This document shows, piece by piece, positions 1-9,434 of a stretch of DNA of 64,000 bases. The DNA lies in contig CAVOMX010000011.1 in assembly GCA_963697165.1 (NCBI GenBank), forward strand, positions 128,001 to 192,000. Direction: 5' to 3'. A program made the position numbers and the translations under genes. The notes beneath the pieces were generated by a model that worked only from the letters and a program-made list of their open reading frames with translations, was not told the origin of the DNA and searched no databases. Source of the DNA: Candidatus Bathyarchaeota archaeon (GTDB lineage: Archaea; Thermoproteota; Bathyarchaeia; Bathyarchaeales; Bathyarchaeaceae). Position 1 is the first letter of the stretch. Every line of letters starts with the position of its first letter.

Positions 1-143
1 TTATTGTTTTTTTCTCGATATTCTGCAAGTTTTTTGAGGGTTTGATTTTTTTCCCAAAATGCACGAACTTCACTTTCAAGCTCGAGCGGATTATATTTTT
101 GGGTCAACAAAAGTTTAGAATCAGCCTTGAATTTCGCGGTCAC
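1..143 (-). CDS. ileS: N-terminus of a class I aminoacyl-tRNA synthetase, probably isoleucyl-tRNA synthetase (runs off the window)
   Basis: Manual translation from GTG at 143: MTAKFKADSKLLLTQKYNPLELESEVRAFWEKNQTLKKLAEYREKN. The Y-x-P-x-E-x-E...FW pattern is typical of IleRS/ValRS N-termini. Confidence 0.55.
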   Translation of the reverse strand, partial: MTAKFKADSKLLLTQKYNPLELESEVRAFWEKNQTLKKLAEYREKNN

Positions 144-215
144 CGCTCATCCACGACACCAAATTAAACCCTTGAATTCTCAAGCACAAATATAAAGCTT
201 TAAGCGTTCTTGTTT

Positions 216-1271
216 CTACTTGTACCAGTCTAGACTTTTTTCTATGTATAGAATGAAGCTGTTGAAGAATTCTTTAACGTCCTTGGTTAATCTTGTTTTG
301 GTTATGAGCTTTCTTGCCTGTTTTGAATGTTTTGTTGATGTCTGTTTTGCGGCGTCTAATCCTCCGCTCTCCCTGAGCAAATTTCTTGCTAGGTCTATTT
401 CTCCGAAGCTGAGAAATTGCTTCCCGAGAAGACATTTCAATGCTTCAGACTTTTTTGGGTCTTCTGAGTTTAGTGCATAAATTATGTGGAGGGGCTTCTT
501 GTTTTTTGAGATATCCAAACAGGATGATCTGCCATACTCTTCTTTCGGAGCAAAACTGTCTATGATGTCATCTTGGATGTCAAAGGAGTAGCCCATGTTC
601 TCTGCTGCTTCACCCAACAGTAACAGGTCAGATTCTGGGGCATCGCCTAAGATGGCACCTGTAAGCAAGGTAACTTTGAAGAGCGAAGCAGCTCTTTTGC
701 GTGCCATAACATTCCATTCGTTTACAGATACGTTCTTTTGTTCAAAAAGCAGGTCAAGAATTTGGCTCTCGTTAACTGCACGGTACCCCTCCGAAGTGAG
801 AAGCAATACTCTACAGATATCCTCTTCTGAAAAACCAGAATTAATTATGGCACGAACAGCCAAGGCATATGCGATGTTTCCAGCGAAGACTGCGGCTCCG
901 TCTCCAAATCTGTTGTCATATGGACGGTAGCTATTAATGAATTTCTTGTGCAAGGTGCTTCCCCCTCTTCTTTGAGCATCCATGTCAACCATGTCATCGT
1001 GAACCAGTATGGCGTGACGATAAAGTTCGACTCCGACACAGACCTTCAAGATTTTTTCGTCAACATCCCCAGTGTAGCCTTTGTATGTGAGCAGAGTGCT
1101 GCATGCAGCCAACCGTTTGCCTTTCCTTAGCACAAACTCTTCAATATCACCGTAAACCCTCTCAATGAAAGGATGATAATCTCCTGCCTCCTTCACACTT
1201 TCATCCAAAAACTTTCTGAGGCGTTCTTCGATTACCGCGCCATATTTATCTAATGTTTTTTCCCAACTCAT
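216..1271 (-). CDS. Trans-isoprenyl diphosphate synthase family protein (divergent)
   Basis: FARM (VHDDMVD...RRG) and SARM (QDDIID) aspartate-rich motifs are present; several IPP-binding motifs are altered. Confidence 0.85.
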   Translation of the reverse strand: MSWEKTLDKYGAVIEERLRKFLDESVKEAGDYHPFIERVYGDIEEFVLRKGKRLAACSTLLTYKGYTGDVDEKILKVCVGVELYRHAILVHDDMVDMDAQRRGGSTLHKKFINSYRPYDNRFGDGAAVFAGNIAYALAVRAIINSGFSEEDICRVLLLTSEGYRAVNESQILDLLFEQKNVSVNEWNVMARKRAASLFKVTLLTGAILGDAPESDLLLLGEAAENMGYSFDIQDDIIDSFAPKEEYGRSSCLDISKNKKPLHIIYALNSEDPKKSEALKCLLGKQFLSFGEIDLARNLLRESGGLDAAKQTSTKHSKQARKLITKTRLTKDVKEFFNSFILYIEKSLDWYK

Positions 1272-1789
1272 TGTTGTCCAGCCAAAGTTTGGTTACTAAA
1301 GAGGCTAGGAAGGCTTTTCTAAAAGCTTTTTCCCAAGACGTAGTCCTTAGTCAATTTGAAGGATTTAACACACGTATCCGGAAACAACGCTAAAACTGTT
1401 GAGCCTAGACAACCTTTGTCATGCGTAATCCCCATCCGACGAATTTTGACATAACAAGAATCCGACAAGGACTTTACAGAACCCCCGAACGTTATGTATT
1501 TAATTTTGATAGGCGCGCTTTTGCCGAACACGCCCACGACTTGCTAAAACCAAAAGATGAGGCTCTGCCCCTACGGGCTCATAGTCAGGGATATTTTCCA
1601 GTGTAACGGGAAAGAAAGTGAAGAATACAGAATCGCTTTTCACTCCAACCGGCGCTGAAATAATGATTGAAGCAATGGAAGAAAACGAGGCCTAAATTTT
1701 CATAATAATTACAAACAACGCAGCGTTCTTAACTAACCGTAGAACAGTGACTTCAGTTCTACCGCATAGTCAGCTCTTTACTTTTAGTT

Positions 1790-2470
1790 TTACGGAATAC
1801 ATGTTTTCTTTTTGTGTCGTCGGTCCAGTTCTTCGAATATGCTGTTGAGGTTGTAGCCTTTTTGGGCGAAGGATACTAGCATGTGGAAGATTATGTCAGA
1901 GGCTTCAAATGTAGCTTCTTTGGGATTATCCGATTTCACTGCAAGAATAAACTCCACTGCCTCTTCGCCTACTTTTTGAAGAACAGCATCCTCTCCTTTA
2001 GAGGTTAAACGAGAAACATAAGATTCTTCGCTAGGATTACGAATCCGCTCTTTTATGACTTCAAACAGTCTCTCAAGCATCTTCGCATCAACCCCCTGCA
2101 ATTCTTCTGCTTTTAGGGGCTTGTGGAAGCACGTTTCTTCGCCCGTGTGACACACTTGACCTACCTGCTGAACTTTAAATAAAACAGCATCGTTGTCACA
2201 GTCCAAAAACGCATTCTGCAGAAGCGAATAATGTTTGGATTCTTCCCCTTTCATCCAGATTCTGCCCTTGGTTCTGCTCCAAAAATGCATCCTGCCACTC
2301 GATAAAGTCAAACGCAGAGCCCCCTCGTTCATGTAGGCCTGCATCAGCACTCTATTGTTTGACGCGTCCTGAACAATGGCGGGAACTAGACCATTTCCCT
2401 TCCCAAAATTCACTTGTTCTATGAAGGCTTTAATCTCATTTTCATCAAGTTTCAGCACCAAACTTTTCAT
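1790..2470 (-). CDS. hisIE: Bifunctional phosphoribosyl-AMP cyclohydrolase / phosphoribosyl-ATP pyrophosphatase
   Basis: HisI motifs FWSR..W.KGEES, DCDND and CHTG..TCF, followed by HisE motifs KVGEEAVE and EASD..FH. Confidence 0.95.
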   Translation of the reverse strand: MKSLVLKLDENEIKAFIEQVNFGKGNGLVPAIVQDASNNRVLMQAYMNEGALRLTLSSGRMHFWSRTKGRIWMKGEESKHYSLLQNAFLDCDNDAVLFKVQQVGQVCHTGEETCFHKPLKAEELQGVDAKMLERLFEVIKERIRNPSEESYVSRLTSKGEDAVLQKVGEEAVEFILAVKSDNPKEATFEASDIIFHMLVSFAQKGYNLNSIFEELDRRHKKKTCIP

Positions 2471-2476
2471 CCTCCA

Positions 2477-3286
2477 TTAGACTAGACGCATGGGCACTCC
2501 TTTCTCTGCAAGGTACCTCTTAACTTCTCCCACAGAATACTGAGCTCGATGAAAGATGGAAGCTGCTAGGGCAGCGTCAGCTTCTCCAGTCGTCAAAACA
2601 TCGTAGATGTGTTCAAGATTTCCAGCGCCTCCACTGGCAATTATTGGTAGATTTGTTGCTTTGCTCATGGCTCTTGTTAATGCTGTGTCGTAACCGTCCT
2701 GTGTTCCATCACAATCCATACTGGTTGGCAGCAGCTCCCCTGCACCCAACTCTTTAACTGTCTTAGCCCAACTTATGGCATCTATTCCTGTGGGAACTCT
2801 TCCGCCTTCAACGTAAACTTCCCACCAACACTTTCCCTTAGACGTATTTACAACATTCTTGCCCGGAAAGTCACTATACACGTAAACTCGTTTAGCGTCT
2901 ATAGCAACAACAATACATTGGCTACCAAAAACCGAGGCAGACTCGTCCACAAGTTTGTGATTCCTCACAGCCGCAGTGTTAACGGAAACCTTGTCCGCTC
3001 CCGAAGAAAGGGCGTTCTGTATGTCTGTGATGTTTCTGATGCCCCCACCCACAGTGAAGGGAATTGAGATCATGTCCGCGGTTCGTTTCACAACCTCTAA
3101 TGTTGTGTCTCTTTTTTCGTGGGATGCGGTTATGTCTAGGAAAACCACCTCGTCGGCGCCCTGTTCTTCGTATTCTGCCGCAAGCTCCGCTGGGTCACCT
3201 TCTACTTTCAGGTTAACAAATTGTACGCCCTTAACAACCTGTCCGTCCTTGACATCCAGGCAGGGCACTATCCGTTTAGCTAACAT
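2477..3286 (-). CDS. hisF: Imidazole glycerol phosphate synthase cyclase subunit
   Basis: [35 protein letters not shown]. Confidence 0.97.
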   Translation of the reverse strand: MLAKRIVPCLDVKDGQVVKGVQFVNLKVEGDPAELAAEYEEQGADEVVFLDITASHEKRDTTLEVVKRTADMISIPFTVGGGIRNITDIQNALSSGADKVSVNTAAVRNHKLVDESASVFGSQCIVVAIDAKRVYVYSDFPGKNVVNTSKGKCWWEVYVEGGRVPTGIDAISWAKTVKELGAGELLPTSMDCDGTQDGYDTALTRAMSKATNLPIIASGGAGNLEHIYDVLTTGEADAALAASIFHRAQYSVGEVKRYLAEKGVPMRLV

Positions 3287-3998
3287 TCTTTACAGTCTCC
3301 AAAGCTTCTTTAAGAGTAAACTTTTTTTTGTAAATAGCGGTGCCAACCACCACACCCTCTACGCCAGTCTTGGCTAACCCAACCAAATCCTCAAGCTTGG
3401 CTACGCCACCAGACGCTATAACCGGAACCTTCACCTTTTCTACAAGTTTCACAGTTTTTTCTATTTGTGGTCCCTTCAATGTTCCATCAACGTTAATGGG
3501 AGTAAAGATTAAGGCACCAACCTCCATGCTCTCAAAAGATTGGGCAAGGTTCAGATAGTCTACTCCAGACTTGTTTTTCCAGCCGTGAACCGCCACTTTG
3601 CCATCTTTTTCATCTATTGCTACGGCAACACTCTCTGACCCGTAACGATTAACAGCCTCCTTGACCAAGCCGGGATTCTTGACTGCTGCTGTTCCGAAAA
3701 TTACTCGGTATGCACCAAGTTTTAGAAATGCATCGGCTTTCTGTAAGGTTCTGATTCCTCCGCCAATCTGCACATTCACACTGATGTTCTCTAAGATTCT
3801 TTTGATTGCTTCCATGTTTTGTCCGGAGCCTAATGCCGCGTCCAAGTCAATTATGTGGATAAGTTGCGCCCCTTGCGTTTCTAGCAGTTGAGCTGCTTCT
3901 AGCGGGTCGTCATAGTAGACCTTGTTTTTGTTTGGGTCTCCACGAAAAAGCCGAACACATTTTCCGCCCAAAATGTCAACAGCGGGAATAACTATCAT
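3276..3998 (-). CDS. hisA: ProFAR isomerase
   Basis: IPAVDI.GGKCVRL, QIGGGIR, ASGGV; operon context. Confidence 0.96.
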   Translation of the reverse strand: MIVIPAVDILGGKCVRLFRGDPNKNKVYYDDPLEAAQLLETQGAQLIHIIDLDAALGSGQNMEAIKRILENISVNVQIGGGIRTLQKADAFLKLGAYRVIFGTAAVKNPGLVKEAVNRYGSESVAVAIDEKDGKVAVHGWKNKSGVDYLNLAQSFESMEVGALIFTPINVDGTLKGPQIEKTVKLVEKVKVPVIASGGVAKLEDLVGLAKTGVEGVVVGTAIYKKKFTLKEALETVKNVS

Positions 3999-4003
3999 TT
4001 TGG

Positions 4004-4612
4004 TTACCTCTTTATTATCCTCACAAAGTTCTTCAGCATTGTTAATCCTGTTTTGCTGCTTTTTTCAGGGTGAAACTGTGTTGCAAAGATGTTCTTTTTT
4101 GCCACCATCGAAGGAAACCTTACCTCATACTCCGTGGTTGCCACGATAACCTCCGGGTCTGAAGGTCGCGGGTAGTATGAGTGAACGAAATAAACGTATG
4201 AGTGATCTTCGATTCCCTCTAGTAGCGGATGAGACTGTGCAAAGTCGATGGTGTTCCAGCCCATCTGAGGCGTCTTTACGCTTTCAGGCAACTTGACAAC
4301 ATCTCCAGAGATGAAGCCCAATCCCCTGATTGATCCGCCTTCGTTACTTCGCGTGAAGAGAAGCTGAAGCCCCAAGCAGACTCCAAGGATGTACTTTCCG
4401 TTCTCCATTGCCTCAGCTACAACATCAGTTATTGATGCCATGTTTTTGACTGCTGGAGCAAACGCGCCAACGCCCGGAAGAACTATAGCATCAGCGCTAC
4501 GTAGATCCTTTGGGTTGTGGGTGATCTCGACTTGGGCTCCCGATTTTTCGAGTCCTTTGCGGATGCTTCTCAGATTTCCCACGCCATAATTCACAACTGC
4601 TACTTGAGGTAT
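4004..4612 (-). CDS. hisH: Imidazole glycerol phosphate synthase glutaminase subunit (probable ATA start at 4612)
   Basis: YGVGNL, LPGVGAF, GVCLG, FVHSY, QFHPEKS. The frame extends upstream to ATA-CCT-CAA-GTA-GCA-GTT. Confidence 0.95.
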   Translation of the reverse strand: MPQVAVVNYGVGNLRSIRKGLEKSGAQVEITHNPKDLRSADAIVLPGVGAFAPAVKNMASITDVVAEAMENGKYILGVCLGLQLLFTRSNEGGSIRGLGFISGDVVKLPESVKTPQMGWNTIDFAQSHPLLEGIEDHSYVYFVHSYYPRPSDPEVIVATTEYEVRFPSMVAKKNIFATQFHPEKSSKTGLTMLKNFVRIIKR

Positions 4613-4614
4613 TG

Positions 4615-5202
4615 CTACAGAACCCCCTTTGCGCTTGGAACCTGATCTCCGATTCTTGCCTCAACGGTTAATGCCTGCCTTAACGCCAGCGCTAGCGCCT
4701 TTATCGTAGCCTCTATTTTGTGGTGCTCGTTGCTGCCGTAGAGGACAGTTATGTGGATGTTAGCTTTCGAGGCTTGGGCTAGGGATTCGAAGAAGTGTTC
4801 TATGTCCTCGGTTTTCAGGTCTTCGATTTGGTCTTGCATGCTTCTGAGGTTTTGGATGCAGTAAGCTCTTCCGCCTAGGTCTACTGTGGCTCTTGCTAGG
4901 GCTTCGTCCATAGGAACATAGGCTGACCCGAACCTTTTGATGCCCTTGCCCTTGTTCACTGCCTTGTGTAGTGCCTCGCCTAGAACCAGTGCTACGTCCT
5001 CGCTTATGTGATGCTTCAGGTCTCCTGTGGCTTTGACTTTAAGGTCAAAGAGACCATGCTTAGCTAGAGTGACTAAAATGTGGTCCAGAAACCTGATGCC
5101 CGTTTCGACATCTGTGGTTCCTTTTCCGTCAACATCTAGCTGCAATGTTATGTCTACTTCTTTGGTTTTTCTTTCAACCTCTACTTTTCTCAGTCTAAAC
5201 AC
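4615..5202 (-). CDS. hisB: Imidazoleglycerol-phosphate dehydratase (monofunctional)
   Basis: FLDH, HH..ED, PMDEAL, NEHHKIEA; no phosphatase domain. Confidence 0.96.
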   Translation of the reverse strand: MFRLRKVEVERKTKEVDITLQLDVDGKGTTDVETGIRFLDHILVTLAKHGLFDLKVKATGDLKHHISEDVALVLGEALHKAVNKGKGIKRFGSAYVPMDEALARATVDLGGRAYCIQNLRSMQDQIEDLKTEDIEHFFESLAQASKANIHITVLYGSNEHHKIEATIKALALALRQALTVEARIGDQVPSAKGVL

Positions 5203-6391
5203 ATCCTCTCAGACTTGTAAACAGGTATGGAATATCATTCACGTCCGTTACTACGGCGTCAGCTCCATGTTTACTGTATTCCGAAAAAAGCTTATTTGAA
5301 TCCTCTGACGAGGACACGACACCCAGAAAGAACAGGTTCTCAAGTCCCTTCGCTTTTGCTTTTTCAACCAGTATGCCGTCTGCAATGCCGTCCCCCACAT
5401 AAGCTACTTTCATTCCCTGTTTCACTGTTTTTTCTACTAATTCGATGAAAAGAGTGGGGTCTGGCTTTCCAAGTTTTTCCATATCATCCTCGGATGTGAG
5501 CAGGTCTCCAAGGAAAACGGATTCTGTTTCGTCAAAGTATCCCGTGTAACCGTATTTCTCTAGGATGTACATACCTTGTGGCCTGGGTCTTCCAGAGTAA
5601 ATTCCGAACTTGCCAAACTGTCTGCGTAGCATGTTCATGGTCTCATTGGTGGGAATAAACTCCTCCACATCCAAAAGGCTTGTATCAAACTTGAAAAATG
5701 AGGATGTGCCATAGTTTTTGTTGAATAGATCTTTGCCTAGATACGTTTCTTCAAATAGTCGCTTTAGCAGATCAGGTTTCTTAAGGTCATACGGCACCAG
5801 CCGTTTAACAAGTTGCTCTTTATCCGCTACAACCTCTGGGTCAACGCCCATGAGAGATGTTTCGATCGGTTTTGGCTTCTCAAGGCTGGCTTGCGCCAAA
5901 AACAGGTCCAAGCCAACAATATTATCGTTTTTTAGATTGGCAAGGTCTGTTCCGTTGATTCCGTAGCGTCTAAGAAAGTCGCCGACCTTTTTCAGTTTTT
6001 GAATGAAATTTTGAACATCCGAGAACTGAATGCCTCCGAACTGCTTCGTGAATTTCTGGAGGACACTTTTTTGTTCAAGTTTCCGTAGTATGAGATTTAT
6101 ATAGTAACTGATTAGGGCGTAGGACAGCTTCCAATCGTTGTTGTAACGTCCCGTGTCCTTGAATTTCTGGATGTCCAGTAAGGTGGCTAATTTTCCTTTT
6201 TCTCCTTCAAGTTCCAGTATCTCTAGGACGTAATAGTCAACCACGTTTCTTATGGTCTGGCGGTACGACTGGCTAGTTTGAGCAAGAACGCCATCAAAAT
6301 CAAAGATTATCTGTTCTATCCCACGAAGAGACTCCTCAGAATCTTCTTTAACATATATCCCCTTTTCACAGTTCAGCAACCGGTAAGACAT
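5195..6391 (-). CDS. HAD-superfamily phosphatase with large cap insertion; candidate histidinol-phosphate phosphatase
   Basis: HAD motif I (IFDFDGVL), II (YSGR), III (GKPDP) and IV (YVGDGIAD). Lies between hisC and hisB and overlaps hisB. Confidence 0.8.
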   Translation of the reverse strand: MSYRLLNCEKGIYVKEDSEESLRGIEQIIFDFDGVLAQTSQSYRQTIRNVVDYYVLEILELEGEKGKLATLLDIQKFKDTGRYNNDWKLSYALISYYINLILRKLEQKSVLQKFTKQFGGIQFSDVQNFIQKLKKVGDFLRRYGINGTDLANLKNDNIVGLDLFLAQASLEKPKPIETSLMGVDPEVVADKEQLVKRLVPYDLKKPDLLKRLFEETYLGKDLFNKNYGTSSFFKFDTSLLDVEEFIPTNETMNMLRRQFGKFGIYSGRPRPQGMYILEKYGYTGYFDETESVFLGDLLTSEDDMEKLGKPDPTLFIELVEKTVKQGMKVAYVGDGIADGILVEKAKAKGLENLFFLGVVSSSEDSNKLFSEYSKHGADAVVTDVNDIPYLFTSLRGCV

Positions 6392-6396
6392 GCTGC

Positions 6397-7488
6397 TTAC
6401 TCCTCCAATGACTCCTTTAGGGCTGAAACGAAAGTCTCGTTCATGTTTCTGGTTCCCACAGTGACCCGTATGCAATTATCTAGGAGAAACAGGTGTCCCC
6501 TGTCTTTTACCAAAACATTTCTGTTTTCAATTCTCTCTGTTAAGGCTGCAGAGCTGAGCTTGTCTTTTGTTACTTTGAAGAGGATGAAGTTTGAGTCTGA
6601 AGGGTATGGTTTCACTCCATCAATCTGCTGTAGGTTCTTCATTAGCCATTCCCGTTCATTGACTACAAGATCAATTTTTTCTTTGAAGTAGCTCCAATTC
6701 TGCAGAGCCAAAACTATGGCTTGTTGAGTTACTGAATTCACATTGAATGGCCCTACTACTCGTTGAACATATTTTACAACGGGTTTGCTTGAAGCAAGAT
6801 AACCGAGGCGAAGCCCAGCTAAACCGAACGCCTTCGAAAAGCTTCGCAATACGGCAAGGTTGTCATAGTCTCTTATCCAGTTGATTACCGAACCTGAAGC
6901 GAAGTCCACGTAGGCTTCATCTACAACCACGATGCCCTTGAATTCCTCCAAGAGCCGCTTGATGTCCGATTCTCGAAACTGGTTGCCTGTGGGATTGTTT
7001 GGAGAGCAAACGAAAAGCAGGCGCGTTTCCTTATCTGTCTTCTTCAATAGGGCGTCAACATTCAAGCTGAAGTCTTTTTTAAGCATAACCGTGACTTTGC
7101 TGCCTCCATACAACTCCGCAAAGAAAGTGTACATTGGAAACGTTGGCTCAACAACCATGACCTTCGATCCTCTTCGGACAAACACTTTCATTAGCAAATC
7201 CATGATTTCATCTGCACCATTCGCAACAGAGACTTCAGATTCGCTCAAGCCCAGAAAGTCTGAGATGGCTTTGACGGCTAGGCTGCCTCGGGGTGGAGGA
7301 TATGCACGAACATCTATGCATCGGCAAGCATCAAGCAACAGTTTTTCAACAGCTTCGCTTGGCATGGCGAAGTTCTCGTTCAGGTTCATCTTCACGATCT
7401 TTTCGTCAGGTTTTCGCTCAAGGATAGTTTTGACTTCGTAGCATGAAAGGTCTCTGACTTCCTTCTGAACCAAGTTTTTGATTTTCAT
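6397..7488 (-). CDS. hisC: Histidinol-phosphate aminotransferase
   Basis: NLNEN, NGADE, SPNNPTG, DEAYVDF, RSFSKAFGLAGLRLGY. Confidence 0.96.
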   Translation of the reverse strand: MKIKNLVQKEVRDLSCYEVKTILERKPDEKIVKMNLNENFAMPSEAVEKLLLDACRCIDVRAYPPPRGSLAVKAISDFLGLSESEVSVANGADEIMDLLMKVFVRRGSKVMVVEPTFPMYTFFAELYGGSKVTVMLKKDFSLNVDALLKKTDKETRLLFVCSPNNPTGNQFRESDIKRLLEEFKGIVVVDEAYVDFASGSVINWIRDYDNLAVLRSFSKAFGLAGLRLGYLASSKPVVKYVQRVVGPFNVNSVTQQAIVLALQNWSYFKEKIDLVVNEREWLMKNLQQIDGVKPYPSDSNFILFKVTKDKLSSAALTERIENRNVLVKDRGHLFLLDNCIRVTVGTRNMNETFVSALKESLEE

Positions 7489-8787
7489 TTTTCTTTCTCC
7501 TCTCTTATTGTTATAGCCTTTGCGTGTGCGCCAAAGCCCTCCATTTCGGCGATGGTGATCGCCGTTTCTTTCAGGTTCCTATAGCCTTCTTTGCTGCACT
7601 GAAGGAAATTCATTGTTTTAACAAAATCTAGGCTCGAGAGCCCAGAGTAAAATCTTGCGTAGCCTGCCGTAGGAAGGACATGATTCAATCCGGACGAATA
7701 ATCGCCAAACGATACTGGCGAGTACCCTCCCAAGAATACTGCTCCGGCGTTTCGAATCTTGCTGAACACTTTATTGGGCGCTTTTGTTTGAATTTGCAGG
7801 TGCTCGGGAGCTATCATGTTTGCTATTTCTATTGCCTCTTCGATGTTTCGGACTGTTACTATTAGTCCTCCTTTTTCTAGGGAAGATTTGATGATGTCTA
7901 TTCTGGAGAGCGTTTTCATCTGGCGGTATACTTCTTCTTTAACTGCTAATGCTAACTTTTCGGAGGGGGTTAAAAGAATCGCCCATGCTTGTGGGTCATG
8001 TTCTGCTTGGGCAAGAAGGTCAGCGGCAATGTAGGCGGCGTTGGCTGTATCGTCTGCGATTACTAAGACTTCGCTTGGTCCAGCTGGAACGTCTATGGCG
8101 ACGTCTCTGTTTACTTCCAGTTTTGCGGCTGTTACGTAAACGTTTCCTGGGCCCACAATCTTATCCACAGATTGTAAAGTACCTTGTACCGTAAGCCATG
8201 GCGGCTATAGCCTGTACCCCTCCAACTCTATAAAATTCACTCACTCCTGCAATGTCAGCAGCAACCAGAAGTGCCGGGTTAACGTCTCCGTTCTTTCCGG
8301 GTGGTGAACACACAACTATCTTTTCAACTCCAGCCACCTTGGCTGGGATAGTACACATGAGCACCGAAGAGGGATATGCTGCTTTTCCTCCAGGAGCATA
8401 AACGCCAACAGACGCTAATGGTCGAACTACTTGCCCCAGAGTTACTCCTTCCGCTATTTGCATTGTCCATTTGGCTCTTAGCTGCTTCTTGTGGAAGCTT
8501 GCGATGTTATCCGCGGCTTTGCTCAAAGCGGTGATCTGTTCTTTTTCCAGCTTCGTGTATGCTTCCTTGATTTCTTTGTCTGTGACTTTGAGTTTTTCCG
8601 TGGCTAGGAGTACCTTGTCGAATTTTTCGGTGTACTTCAGAATTGCTGTGTCTCCATGTTCTTTTACATCAGTTATTATTGTTTTAACCGTTGATGCGAT
8701 TGATGATAAGTCAGCTTTTCCTCGGTTCAGGACTTTGTCACGTTCGTTTTTGAATTCTTTGGATGATATGATTCTCATTTTGTTCAT
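7485..8787 (-). CDS. hisD: Histidinol dehydrogenase, split by an apparent 1-nt frameshift near 8185
   Basis: N-terminal half (VGVYAPGG, GGVQAIAAMAYGT) and C-terminal half (DKIVGPGN, AGPSE, QAEHD, APEHL, GDY..G.NHVLPT) lie in different frames. Confidence 0.93.
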
Positions 8788-9434
8788 GCCCCTCCTCGCA
8801 GTTTGGACTGCAGTTCGCTGATTTCCTTCTCGAAGGTTCTATATGCAATTTTGTTGCAGGCTAGTCTGCTGGTCGAGTCAAGGATTGTGCCGATTATTCT
8901 AAGCTTATTTTTTCGCAATGTTTCTCCGGTTGACGTTATGTCCACTATCATCTGAGCCAAACCCAGTTTTGGTGCAAGTTCTGTTGTTCCGCTGACCTCA
9001 AGAACTTCCACCTGTTTTCCTTGTTCTTCAAAGTATCTTCTGGTTATGTTTGGGAATTCGGTTGCGACCCTTGTTAATGCAGAGACATCGTTTATTGTTT
9101 TGATTGGTGATTTTTCTGGCACTGCAACGACGAGAGTTGCTTTTCCATATTCTAGGTCCACTAATTCGAGAACGTTTGCTTCTCTTTCAAGGATTAGGTC
9201 GTGTCCGGTGATGCCTAGGTCTACGGCGCCGTAGTGCACATAGACGGGTATGTCGTTGGCTCTGGCGAATATCGCCTCGTATCGGGGGTCAGAGGTCTTG
9301 GAAACGTAGGTTCTTTCCTCTTCCAGTACTGTTATGCCTGCTCGAGCTAATGCATCAATTGTCGGTTGTTTGATGCGTCCCTTGTTCGGTATTGCTATTC
9401 GGATCCTCTTTTTCAGTTTAGGGTTGACCTCCAA
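8784..9434 (-). CDS. hisG: ATP phosphoribosyltransferase, short form
   Basis: IAIPNKGR, DLGITGHD, VATEFP, GTTELAP, DITSTGETL. At 216 aa it lacks the C-terminal regulatory domain. Confidence 0.95.
   Translation of the reverse strand: MEVNPKLKKRIRIAIPNKGRIKQPTIDALARAGITVLEEERTYVSKTSDPRYEAIFARANDIPVYVHYGAVDLGITGHDLILEREANVLELVDLEYGKATLVVAVPEKSPIKTINDVSALTRVATEFPNITRRYFEEQGKQVEVLEVSGTTELAPKLGLAQMIVDITSTGETLRKNKLRIIGTILDSTSRLACNKIAYRTFEKEISELQSKLRGGA

Noticed and set aside
1380..1700. Short ORF fragments between the prenyl synthase and hisIE
   Set aside because: Coding-like pieces in several frames but no recognisable family; cannot be supported.
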